A stretch of DNA of 64,000 nucleotides. It comes from Phycisphaerae bacterium (GTDB taxonomy: Bacteria > Planctomycetota > Phycisphaerae > UBA1845). Below are positions 42,318-50,557 of the stretch, piece after piece. Location of the stretch: NCBI GenBank assembly GCA_963666835.2, contig CAXXGO010000006.1, forward strand, positions 992,001 through 1,056,000, in the 5' to 3' direction. Both the position numbers and the translations under genes were made by a program. The number at the start of each line of letters is the position of its first letter. The first letter of the stretch is position 1. Below the pieces are notes generated by a model. The model was given only the letters and a program-made list of their open reading frames with translations, did not search any database and was not told where the DNA came from.

Positions 42318-44195
42318 ATGGAGTGGCGTCATTTGTGGGGCGGATTCGTTGCGGTGATTGTGCTCGTGTTCTTGGGCCTTACGGCCAATCCGGCGACCTC
42401 GGCCCCTCTGCCGGATACGGAAGCCTGCTGCGTTGGCGACGGAGATGTGTGCTTCAACATGCCGCCGGATGCGTGCATTGACGAAGGCGGCGGGACCCCG
42501 CAGGGCCCGGGTACGTACTGCCTCGGGGACGGCAACGGCAACGGGATTGACGACGCCTGCGAGGGCGGTGCGGAGACGCAGGCCTGCTGCCTGCCGGACG
42601 GTAGTTGTGTTGACGTCGACCCGATGGAGTGCGTGGAGAGCCTTGGCGGCGCGGCGCAGGGAACTGAAACCGTTTGCACCGAGCCGGCCGCCTGCTGCCT
42701 GCCGGACGACAGTTGTGCCAACCTGGACCCGCTCTGTTGTCTTGAGCAGGGCGGCGACTCTGTGGCGGGGTGGTGCTCCACTCCCGAAGCCTGTTGCATG
42801 CCGGACGGCACTTGTGTCGAGCTGGATCCCGCCTGCTGCACCGCCGAGGGCGGTACTCCGCAAGGCGCCGGTACGACCTGCACCGCTGTCGAGGCTTGTT
42901 GCCTGCCGGACGGAACTTGTGCCGCGTTGGACCCGCTATGTTGCACTGCCGAGGGCGGTACTCCGCAGGGTGCGGGCTCTGTTTGCACCGCCGTCGAGGC
43001 TTGCTGCCTTTCGGATGGCGCTTGTGCCGATCTCGACCCACTGTGTTGCATCGCGGAGGGTGGTACTCCCCAGGGGCCCGGAACGGCATGTTCCGCCGTT
43101 GATGCCTGTTGCCTTCCTGATGGGACGTGCATTATGGCAGACCCCGCCTGTTGTGCGGATCTCGGCGGTGTGACCCAAGCCGGCCAGGCCTGCACGGCCG
43201 TCGAAGCTTGCTGCCTTTCGGACGGAACCTGTGCCGAAATGGACCCGCTCTGCTGTGCGGCCGAGGGTGGCGTTCCTCAGGGTATCGGCTCGGTATGCAC
43301 GGCCGCGGAAGCCTGCTGCCTGCCGGACGATACCTGTGCTGAGCTTGACCCGCTTTGCTGCGCCAGCCAGGGCGGAACTCCTCAAGGTGCCGGTACGGTA
43401 TGTACGGCCGTGGAGGCCTGCTGCCTGCCGGATAACACCTGTGCCGATCTTGATCCGCTCTGCTGTGCCGACTTGGGGGGTGTTTCCGAAGGTGCCGGTA
43501 CGCAATGTACTGATGTGGCGCCATGCTGCCTGGCGGACGGAACGTGCCTGATGGTCGATCCTTTGTGTTGTGTTGAACTCGGGGGTACGGTGCAGGCCGG
43601 CGGTGGTGCTTGCACGGCTGAAGAAGGTTGCTGTTTTGCCGACGGAACGTGCGCTACGCTTGATCCGCTCTGCTGTATCGACCAGGGCGGGACCCCGCAG
43701 GGTGCCGGTACGGTTTGCACGGCCGTTGAGGGCTGCTGCTTCGGCGACGGCACCTGTACCGATCTCGACCCGCTCTGTTGTCTTGAGCAGGGCGGAACAC
43801 CGCAAGGCGCCGGCACGGTCTGTACGGAAGAGCAGGCATGCTGCGACCCGGCCAGCGGCGTGTGCGTAATGCTCGACCCGCTGTGCTGTGCGAACCAGGG
43901 CGGCTCGCCGCAGGGCGCCGGCAGCTATTGCAGTGCCTATCAGGCGTGCTGCTATCCGGACGATACCTGTCGGAATATGGACCCGGCGTGCTGTGTGGAT
44001 CAGGGCGGAGTGCCCGGCGGATCCGGTTCGGCGTGCGAGGGTGACTGGAACGGCGACGGGGCGGACGACTTCTGCCGGTCGCCTTGGGAAGACGAGATTC
44101 CCACGACGTCGACGTGGGGGTTGATTACCCTGGCTCTGCTGCTGCTCGTTGCGGGTAAGGTGTACTTCGGTCGGCGGACTTCGCCCGTCGCGTAA
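42318..44195 (+). CDS. Cys-rich repeat surface protein with IPTL-CTERM sorting signal
   Basis: Signal peptide; about 15 units of ~35 aa (EACCLPDGTCxxLDPLCCxxEGGTPQGAGTVCTAV); tail IPTTSTWGLITLALLLLVAGKVYFGRR; AAGGAG RBS. Confidence 0.9.
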   Translation: MEWRHLWGGFVAVIVLVFLGLTANPATSAPLPDTEACCVGDGDVCFNMPPDACIDEGGGTPQGPGTYCLGDGNGNGIDDACEGGAETQACCLPDGSCVDVDPMECVESLGGAAQGTETVCTEPAACCLPDDSCANLDPLCCLEQGGDSVAGWCSTPEACCMPDGTCVELDPACCTAEGGTPQGAGTTCTAVEACCLPDGTCAALDPLCCTAEGGTPQGAGSVCTAVEACCLSDGACADLDPLCCIAEGGTPQGPGTACSAVDACCLPDGTCIMADPACCADLGGVTQAGQACTAVEACCLSDGTCAEMDPLCCAAEGGVPQGIGSVCTAAEACCLPDDTCAELDPLCCASQGGTPQGAGTVCTAVEACCLPDNTCADLDPLCCADLGGVSEGAGTQCTDVAPCCLADGTCLMVDPLCCVELGGTVQAGGGACTAEEGCCFADGTCATLDPLCCIDQGGTPQGAGTVCTAVEGCCFGDGTCTDLDPLCCLEQGGTPQGAGTVCTEEQACCDPASGVCVMLDPLCCANQGGSPQGAGSYCSAYQACCYPDDTCRNMDPACCVDQGGVPGGSGSACEGDWNGDGADDFCRSPWEDEIPTTSTWGLITLALLLLVAGKVYFGRRTSPVA

Positions 44196-44222
44196 GACCG
44201 ACAGGTTTATGTGTTGAAGATC

Positions 44223-44258
44223 GCGGGCCGCTCCGATACGGGGCGGCCCGTGTTTTCT
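44223..44258 (+). terminator. Intrinsic terminator
   Basis: CGGGCCGCTCCG-ATA-CGGGGCGGCCCG followed by TGTTTTCT. Confidence 0.7.
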
Positions 44259-44482
44259 TATGGCGGATCCAGGAAAGCGTGTTGGTTCTTCGCGCTGTTG
44301 TGTCATGGTTCTGTCATTGAGAGGTCGGGCGCGCCCCGTTGGGGTCGAAGAGACGCAACGTCGGTGTACCCAGGGTAGCCGCTGCGCAGCAACCCTGGGC
44401 TATAGGACGTAACGCCTACCTTCCTGACATATGTCCACCCGGGTACCTTGGTAACGGACTTCGGGACTTGGGAGGACTACGC

Positions 44483-45334
44483 ATGGGGCTGCGGAACAAG
44501 AAGAAGGAGAGGCTTGAGCGTCTTGACTCGAAGACACTGGATGCCAAGTTTTTGCACGAAATCAAGCACGGACTCCATTGTTCGCCATTCGAGGCCGAGG
44601 CGGTTCTCGATGTGGTCAAGGAAGTTTACTTCCCGTACCTCGATGAACACGCCGGCAAGGCCCCACCTGGCAAGATTGGCTTGGTCGTCGTCGACGCCGA
44701 CGAGCCTGCCGGGAAACCCGTCTGCGAATGCCAGAAGCAGAACGTGTGCCTGACAATCCACCGAGGTGCAGAGGATGATCGACTTCTGGAGGAGGAGGGG
44801 CCGGTCGGCTTTCGACAAGCCCGCATCCCACCGCTTTGCCAAGAAGCCCTGAGTCAAGGTGGGCTGCTCACGCGCGAAGATCTGGCCTACCGGATGTTCT
44901 TTGTTACGCCACGAACCATTACGCGCGATTTGAACGCTCTCCGGAGTGCGTATCCCGGGGTGCTTATTCCTCTGCGAGGAATCGTACACGATCTTGGTCC
45001 CGTGTTGACTCATCGCAGCCAAATCGTGCGTTTGGCTCTGGAGGGAAAGACGACCTCACAGATCTGCACCATGCTTCGCCATTCACCGGCGGCTGTAGCG
45101 AACTACGTCTCGACATTCACCCGTTGTGCGCAGTTGGCAAAGAAAGGTATGCAGGTCGGGCAAATCGCCTTCCTTCTGCGGAGAGGCAAGCGGTTGGTAC
45201 AACAGTACCTTGATCTCCTCGACGAATGCGCGGTCGACAAGAACATGGGCTATCACCTGGAAGAACTGATGCGCCTGGGTTGTTGTGGCGGGGGGAAAAA
45301 GGGACACGGTGAAGAGGGAAGATCCGATGGGTAA
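44483..45334 (+). CDS. DUF1670-like protein, copy A (283 aa)
   Basis: GGAGG RBS at 44471; LCQEALSQGGLLTREDLA...PLRGIVHDLGPVLTH...HSPAAVANY. Family recognised from memory and needs an HMM check. Confidence 0.8.
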   Translation: MGLRNKKKERLERLDSKTLDAKFLHEIKHGLHCSPFEAEAVLDVVKEVYFPYLDEHAGKAPPGKIGLVVVDADEPAGKPVCECQKQNVCLTIHRGAEDDRLLEEEGPVGFRQARIPPLCQEALSQGGLLTREDLAYRMFFVTPRTITRDLNALRSAYPGVLIPLRGIVHDLGPVLTHRSQIVRLALEGKTTSQICTMLRHSPAAVANYVSTFTRCAQLAKKGMQVGQIAFLLRRGKRLVQQYLDLLDECAVDKNMGYHLEELMRLGCCGGGKKGHGEEGRSDG

Positions 45335-46100
45335 GCCGCGAGACACCAACAGCAGAAGATACAGTCCCCTGCAGGCGAAAACGCTGAGAAACGTGTTGGC
45401 TCACCGCATCGAAACGGAGTTTCCACGCATAGGCGGCCCACGGATTCGCAACCTGTGCGCAGAGATGATCCTTGAGGTCATCGGTGCCCACGTTCTCCCG
45501 AAGGAGCATATCCAACATGGTCAGATACTCTGGATGGCGATCAGCAGCGCAGATCCCCCGAGTCAGCGTCGACGGATTGAGGATACCGATCTGCTTCCGG
45601 TGGTCTTGGACGTGAGTACCTTCGAGGATATCGAGATGCGTTTGCAGAAGAAGGGACGTGGAGAGTTGCTCTTACAAAAGAGCTTGAGGTTATGCCGACA
45701 GGCGTACGAACAAGGGGGCGTTCTGTCCAACTCTGATCTCTCGGAGTTGTTAGCAGTCAATGCGTCGGACGTCTCGCGATTGTTGGCGGCGTACGAACGC
45801 GAGACCGGTCAGATCGTCCCACGTCGCGCTACTGTCCACGATGTCGGCACAGGGCTTACGCACAAACGGATCATCTGTTTCAAACATTACGCAGAAGGCA
45901 AAGCGGCTAACGAAGTGGCTCGGGAAACGTACCACAGCCTTGAGGCTGTGGATCGTTACCTGGGCCAGTACGATCGCGTCCGCCACTGCCATCTTCAGGG
46001 GCTGACGGCAAAGGAGACAGCCCATGCTTTAGGTTGCAGCATCTTCCTGGTTCAGGAGTACCTGGAGATCGATCATGAGTTGGAGGGCCAGCATGCTTGA
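45327..46100 (+). CDS. DUF1670-like protein, copy B (257 aa)
   Basis: Overlaps ORF A by 8 nt; LCRQAYEQGGVLSNSDLS...PRRATVHDVGTGLTH...HSLEAVDRY. Confidence 0.8.
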   Translation: MGKPRDTNSRRYSPLQAKTLRNVLAHRIETEFPRIGGPRIRNLCAEMILEVIGAHVLPKEHIQHGQILWMAISSADPPSQRRRIEDTDLLPVVLDVSTFEDIEMRLQKKGRGELLLQKSLRLCRQAYEQGGVLSNSDLSELLAVNASDVSRLLAAYERETGQIVPRRATVHDVGTGLTHKRIICFKHYAEGKAANEVARETYHSLEAVDRYLGQYDRVRHCHLQGLTAKETAHALGCSIFLVQEYLEIDHELEGQHA

Positions 46101-46309
46101 CTCGATGGCACAGCACGTCAGACTTGTGTGTGCTGGTCGAGAGGACAGGGCTCTGCTGAGGAGCACCCCGAGCGCTCGTACCAGTGCCGGGACAGGCGCG
46201 GGAGTCTGCATGCACGGCGGGCTCTCGCTCTCCCTGGCCTGTTCTGGCTCCCAAGCGACAAACCTTGGGGGTCTGGGGGCAAAGCCCCCGGTGATCGCCA
46301 CACGGTCGC
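46101..46309 (+). ncRNA. Candidate structured ncRNA or cis-acting right end of the DUF1670 element
   Basis: Consecutive stems: CTCGA/TCGAG with CAGCAC/GTGCTG; AGGACAGG/CCTGTTCT; CCCAAG/CTTGGG; GGGGGC/GCCCCC; GTGATCG/CGGTCGC. Transcription cannot be shown from sequence. Confidence 0.4.
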
Positions 46310-46559
46310 GGTGGACATATGTCACTATCTTCGGCGTATGTTGGGATCGCGGCTCATACTAATGCCCCCGGGCGGTATTGAGTTCTCAGGTGCCTGTCTT
46401 TTTGGGCCGTTTCCGACGATGAATCGCGGGAAGATGTAGGCGGGCAGGTGTAGTCCGGCCGAAGCCATGCGGTCTTCATCTTGACACACGTGGGTTGCGG
46501 GTCTACGGTCCATCGCGCGGAGACCGGACGAACGAGGCCGCGGACCTGCCCCGGGCAAC

Positions 46560-49301
46560 ATGGCAAAGACGCTCTATCTCATTGACGGGCACGCTCAGAT
46601 CTACCGGGCGTATTACGCGCCGTTCCGCGAGCTGAACAGTCCGACGGGCGAGCCGACTCGCGCAACGTACGTATTCTGCCAGATGCTTCTGAACCTGATC
46701 CGCGATCGTCGGCCGGATTACCTTGCTATGGTGCTGGATCCGCCGCCGGACGAAGAACGAGGCGTCTTTAGGTACGAGATCGACAACCGCTACAAAGCCA
46801 ATCGTGACCCCGGTCCGGAGGATCTCTACGTTCAAGCCCGCCGCATCGTCTCGATCGTTACCGCCTTGGGGATTCCTGTTCACTGTGTGCCCGGCTTCGA
46901 GGCGGACGACCTGCTGGCCACGATCGGGCATCGAATGCGGGACGAGGATGTCGACGTATGCCTGGTAAGCCGCGACAAGGATCTCGAGCAATTGCTGACC
47001 GACCGCCTGCGGCTGTATGACCCGCAGAAGGACGAGGTGATCGACCCGAGGGTGCTTTTGGAGAAGAAGGGCTACTCCCCCGAGCAGGCGGTCGAGGTGC
47101 AGACGCTGGCGGGCGACTCGGCGGACAATATCCCCGGCGTGCCGGGGGTGGGGATCAAGACGGCCGCGAAGCTGGTCAGGAAGTACGGCTCGGCCCAGGC
47201 GGTGCTGGAGCATGCCGCCGAGCTTACCCCGAAGATGCGCGAGAACGTGGCGGCGTTCGCCGAGCAGTTGCCGGTCACTCGTGAATTGGTGACTTTGCGG
47301 AAGGACGTGCCGCTGGACTTTCGCCTTGATGACTGCCGGGCCGACGATGTCGACTTCTCCGCCGTTCGGCCGATCTTCTCGGAGCTGGGTTTTCGCCGGC
47401 TTCTCGATACGCTGGACGGTTTCAAGCCTGCCGCTTCGCCCGTAGATGACAACTCTGCGTCACTAAAACACGCGGGCGAGCCGGAGATTCACGTTGAGTA
47501 TCACCTTGTCGATAGCATCGAGGCGCTCGACGAATTCGTAGCGAAGCTCCGGGCGGACACGCAAGGTAAGGCGTTCGCCCTGGATACTGAGACCACCGGC
47601 TTGAATCCGGTGGCCGCGAAGTTGGTCGGGCTCTCGTTTTCATGGAAGGCGGGGGAAGCGTATTACCTTCCGGTGCGGGCGTCGGTCGGGGCGGTGCTGC
47701 CTGAAGCGGTGGTGGTCGAGAAGCTCAAGCCAATCCTCGAAGACCCCACAGTCGGAAAAGTGGGGCAGAACATCAAATACGATCTCGTCGTGTTGCGCCA
47801 GGTCGGCATCGAGGTGGCGGGGGTCGCGTTTGACACGATGATTGCCAGCTTCCTGCTCGATCCGCATCGGTCTTCGCATTCGATGGACGCGCTGGTTCGG
47901 AACCTGCTCGGACACGAGATGATCCCGATCTCGGATTTGATCGGTAAGGGCAAGAACCAGATTACTATGGACCAGATCGACACGGCCCGCACTGGTGAAT
48001 ACGCCGCGGAGGACGCGGATTTCACCTGGCGGCTCAAGGAGCTCTTCGAGCCTCAGATAACCGGCAGCCCCGTCGAGCGTCTGTTCCATGACACGGAGAT
48101 GCCTCTCGTTGAAGTCCTGGCCTCGATGGAGCACAACGGTATTGCCTTGGATGAGGCGTTGCTCGGGCGCCTTAGTTTCACAATCGCGCAGCGGTTGAGC
48201 GAGCTGACCGCGAGGGTCCATCAGGCGGCCGGGCATTCGTTCAACATCGATTCGCCCAAGCAGCTTGCCGGGGTGCTATTCGACGAGCAGGGGCTGGCCT
48301 CGGTCAAGAAGACCAAGACCGGCAGGAGCACGGACGCCGAGACCCTCAACACGCTGGCGCGGCAGACAGATAACGCGATCCCGCAACTTGTGCTCGAGTA
48401 TCGGGAGCTGGCCAAGCTTAAGAACACCTATGTGGATACGCTGCCGAAGATGATCTGCCGGCGTACCGGACGGCTCCACGCCAGCTTCAACCAGATCGGC
48501 GCGATCACCGGGCGGCTCTCCTCCAGCGATCCGAACTTACAGAATATCCCGATTCGAACTGAGACCGGTCGGCAGATTCGGGCCGCGGTAGTGGCGGGTG
48601 AGCCTGACAATGTGTTGCTGGCGGCCGACTATTCGCAGATCGAGCTGCGGCTCCTGGCCCACTTCTGCCGGGATACCACTCTGCTCGAGGCCTTCCAGAG
48701 CGGGCAGGACATCCATCGAGTCGTCGCGGCCCAGGTCAACGGCGTGTCGGTGGACGAGGTCACCACCGCTCAGCGCAGCGCGGCCAAGGCCGTCAACTTC
48801 GGCATTGTTTACGGGCAATCCGCGTTCGGGCTGGCCAAGGCCCTGGATATTCCGGTAGGCGAAGCCCAGATGTTCATCGATACGTATTTCCTGCGTTATC
48901 CCGGAATCCGACTGTTCATTGATGACTGTATCGCGCGCACGAAGGCCAACGGCTACGCCGAGACGATTCTGGGCCGGCGGCGTCAGGTGCCCGAGCTGCG
49001 CTCCCGCAACCGCCAGCAAGTCGGTCTCGGTGAGCGGATCGCGGTTAATACGGTGGTACAGGGTTCCGCGGCCGATTTGATCAAGCGGGCCATGATCGAT
49101 ATCCACCGCGCGCTGGCGAAGGACGATCAGGTAGTCCGCATGCTGATCCAGGTCCACGACGAGCTGGTCTTCGAGGTCCCCGGCGCGCTGGTTGAGCCGA
49201 CGGCCGCGATGGTTCGAGAGAAGATGGAAAGCGCCATGTCTTTGAACGTGCCCCTGGTGGCTGATGTGGCTTGGGGTCGTACCTGGGCGGAAGCGAAGTA
49301 G
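46560..49301 (+). CDS. polA: DNA polymerase I
   Basis: LIDGH...YRAYYA 5'-3' exonuclease; ALDTETTG 3'-5' exonuclease; TGRLSSSDPNLQNIP, ADYSQIELR, AKAVNFGIVYG, QVHDEL. Confidence 0.98.
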   Translation: MAKTLYLIDGHAQIYRAYYAPFRELNSPTGEPTRATYVFCQMLLNLIRDRRPDYLAMVLDPPPDEERGVFRYEIDNRYKANRDPGPEDLYVQARRIVSIVTALGIPVHCVPGFEADDLLATIGHRMRDEDVDVCLVSRDKDLEQLLTDRLRLYDPQKDEVIDPRVLLEKKGYSPEQAVEVQTLAGDSADNIPGVPGVGIKTAAKLVRKYGSAQAVLEHAAELTPKMRENVAAFAEQLPVTRELVTLRKDVPLDFRLDDCRADDVDFSAVRPIFSELGFRRLLDTLDGFKPAASPVDDNSASLKHAGEPEIHVEYHLVDSIEALDEFVAKLRADTQGKAFALDTETTGLNPVAAKLVGLSFSWKAGEAYYLPVRASVGAVLPEAVVVEKLKPILEDPTVGKVGQNIKYDLVVLRQVGIEVAGVAFDTMIASFLLDPHRSSHSMDALVRNLLGHEMIPISDLIGKGKNQITMDQIDTARTGEYAAEDADFTWRLKELFEPQITGSPVERLFHDTEMPLVEVLASMEHNGIALDEALLGRLSFTIAQRLSELTARVHQAAGHSFNIDSPKQLAGVLFDEQGLASVKKTKTGRSTDAETLNTLARQTDNAIPQLVLEYRELAKLKNTYVDTLPKMICRRTGRLHASFNQIGAITGRLSSSDPNLQNIPIRTETGRQIRAAVVAGEPDNVLLAADYSQIELRLLAHFCRDTTLLEAFQSGQDIHRVVAAQVNGVSVDEVTTAQRSAAKAVNFGIVYGQSAFGLAKALDIPVGEAQMFIDTYFLRYPGIRLFIDDCIARTKANGYAETILGRRRQVPELRSRNRQQVGLGERIAVNTVVQGSAADLIKRAMIDIHRALAKDDQVVRMLIQVHDELVFEVPGALVEPTAAMVREKMESAMSLNVPLVADVAWGRTWAEAK

Positions 49302-49566
49302 CTCGCCCGATCCGCCGCCGCGTTCGTTGAACCGTCCGCCGAGCGCGCCTTGCCCGATAAAACCCGCCCGCGCGCTGTTTCTCAGAGGGTCATACCGTTG
49401 TCAGTAGATGTTATACGTCTCTAAGGAAATATCAGCGCATCCGTATCGGTAGTTCCCCCTCTTTGATTGGGCTTGCGGGTCGGCTGAATTGTAGACTCGC
49501 ATGGGGTCAAACGACTCTGAGGTCCTTTACTGAGGTGAAAGGTGTTTTCCGAGGGGGCTGGAAGAG

Positions 49567-50355
49567 ATGTCCTATATCGATTTGCAACCGACGTTGGCCG
49601 AGTGGCCGTACGATGCCGAACAGATCTCCGTCCGAAAAATCCTCGGATCGGATGGTCTGGTCAGAATCCAGATGCGCGTCGAGCTCGGGGTCCTGCAGAT
49701 GGAGGCCGAGGGGCGTCCCGACGGCGTTCAGCCGCACGGCTGCCGGTCGATGCTGGACTACCACAAAGAGCGTCTGGCCAAGTACGAGGAGCGCAACGGA
49801 ACGACGATCGGTTTCTCGCTGTCGCCGTATCAGTGCCACGACCTGCGCGTCGAGGCCTCGCTCTTCTATCGCCGTTATGTTGCCTTGTTCGTGCTGGAAG
49901 AGTACGACGACGTTGTCCGGGACACGGCCCACAACCTGGAGATCTTCGATCTTTGCCGGCATTACGCCCGCGAAGGTGAGGATCGATCCTGCCTGGAGTC
50001 GTTCCGCTCCTATGTGTTGATGATGAATGCGCGGTCGCGGGCCTTGCGCGCCAACGAGCTGAAAGAGTACACCAGCGTAATCGCCCACATCAACCGCGGC
50101 ATCATGCATATCCGGAACCACTACGAGGAACTGGAGATGCCGGAGGCGGCGGAGACGTGTGAGGAAATCGCCATGCTGCAGGCTTTGGGCGCCGAGCTGG
50201 CTCAGAACGCTCCGCAAGATTCGATTACGGTGACCCGCAAGGCCCTGCAGAGCGCCGTGGAGCGTGAGCAGTTCGAAGAAGCTGCCCGGCTTCGGGATAT
50301 GCTCCACGAAATGAGCAAGGAGAAGGACACGGAGGAGGCCAACCGCTCTACCTGA
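49567..50355 (+). CDS. UvrB/UvrC-motif (UVR domain) protein
   Basis: IQMRVELGVLQME.EGRPDG N-terminus; C-terminal LQSAVEREQFEEAARLRD. Confidence 0.85.
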   Translation: MSYIDLQPTLAEWPYDAEQISVRKILGSDGLVRIQMRVELGVLQMEAEGRPDGVQPHGCRSMLDYHKERLAKYEERNGTTIGFSLSPYQCHDLRVEASLFYRRYVALFVLEEYDDVVRDTAHNLEIFDLCRHYAREGEDRSCLESFRSYVLMMNARSRALRANELKEYTSVIAHINRGIMHIRNHYEELEMPEAAETCEEIAMLQALGAELAQNAPQDSITVTRKALQSAVEREQFEEAARLRDMLHEMSKEKDTEEANRST

Positions 50356-50390
50356 CCCGTGCTTCAACCTGAAACTGCCGACCCACAGCC

Positions 50391-50427
50391 GAGCGGGAGG
50401 ACGTAATGACCCTCCCGCTTTTCTTTT
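50391..50427 (+). terminator. Intrinsic terminator
   Basis: AGCGGGAGG/CCTCCCGCT stem followed by TTTCTTTT. Confidence 0.75.
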
Positions 50428-50557
50428 ACGCTCGGCACCGGCGTGCCGCGCACGCTTTATCGGCCTTTCATGCCCCGGTTAACCGTTCATCGAAGATAGG
50501 GCACCGGCGCGGTGCCGAAGGCAAATCGGGATGCCATGAGCGCGAATCTGGGCAGAG

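Larger units (their letters stand above)
44418..46330 (+). mobile_element. Putative novel IS-like element encoding two DUF1670-like proteins, inserted in a palindromic repeat
   Basis: IRs TGACATATGTCCACC (44425-44439) and GGTGGACATATGTCA (46310-46324); CT at both junctions (44416-17, 46329-30). The empty site AACGCCTTCGGCGTA matches intact repeats at 15916 and 16266. Confidence 0.85.

Noticed and set aside
44339..44482. N-terminal extension of DUF1670 ORF A given in the ORF track
   Set aside because: It crosses the element boundary and the target repeat; ATG 44483 has a good GGAGG RBS.
45288..45303. GGGGGGAAAAAGGG as a programmed -1 frameshift fusing the two DUF1670 ORFs
   Set aside because: ORF B is in the +1 frame relative to ORF A and has its own ATG with a purine-rich upstream stretch. 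Transcriptional slippage is not excluded but is unsupported.
46300..46330. Strong sigma70 promoter formed at the predicted circle junction
   Set aside because: I found no convincing -35/-10 pair at 16-18 bp spacing across the junction.
44416..46332. CTACCTTC/CTATCTTC as an 8-bp target-site duplication
   Set aside because: It has a mismatch, is offset from the left IR by one base, and does not rebuild the intact repeat. The CT-core reading rebuilds it exactly.
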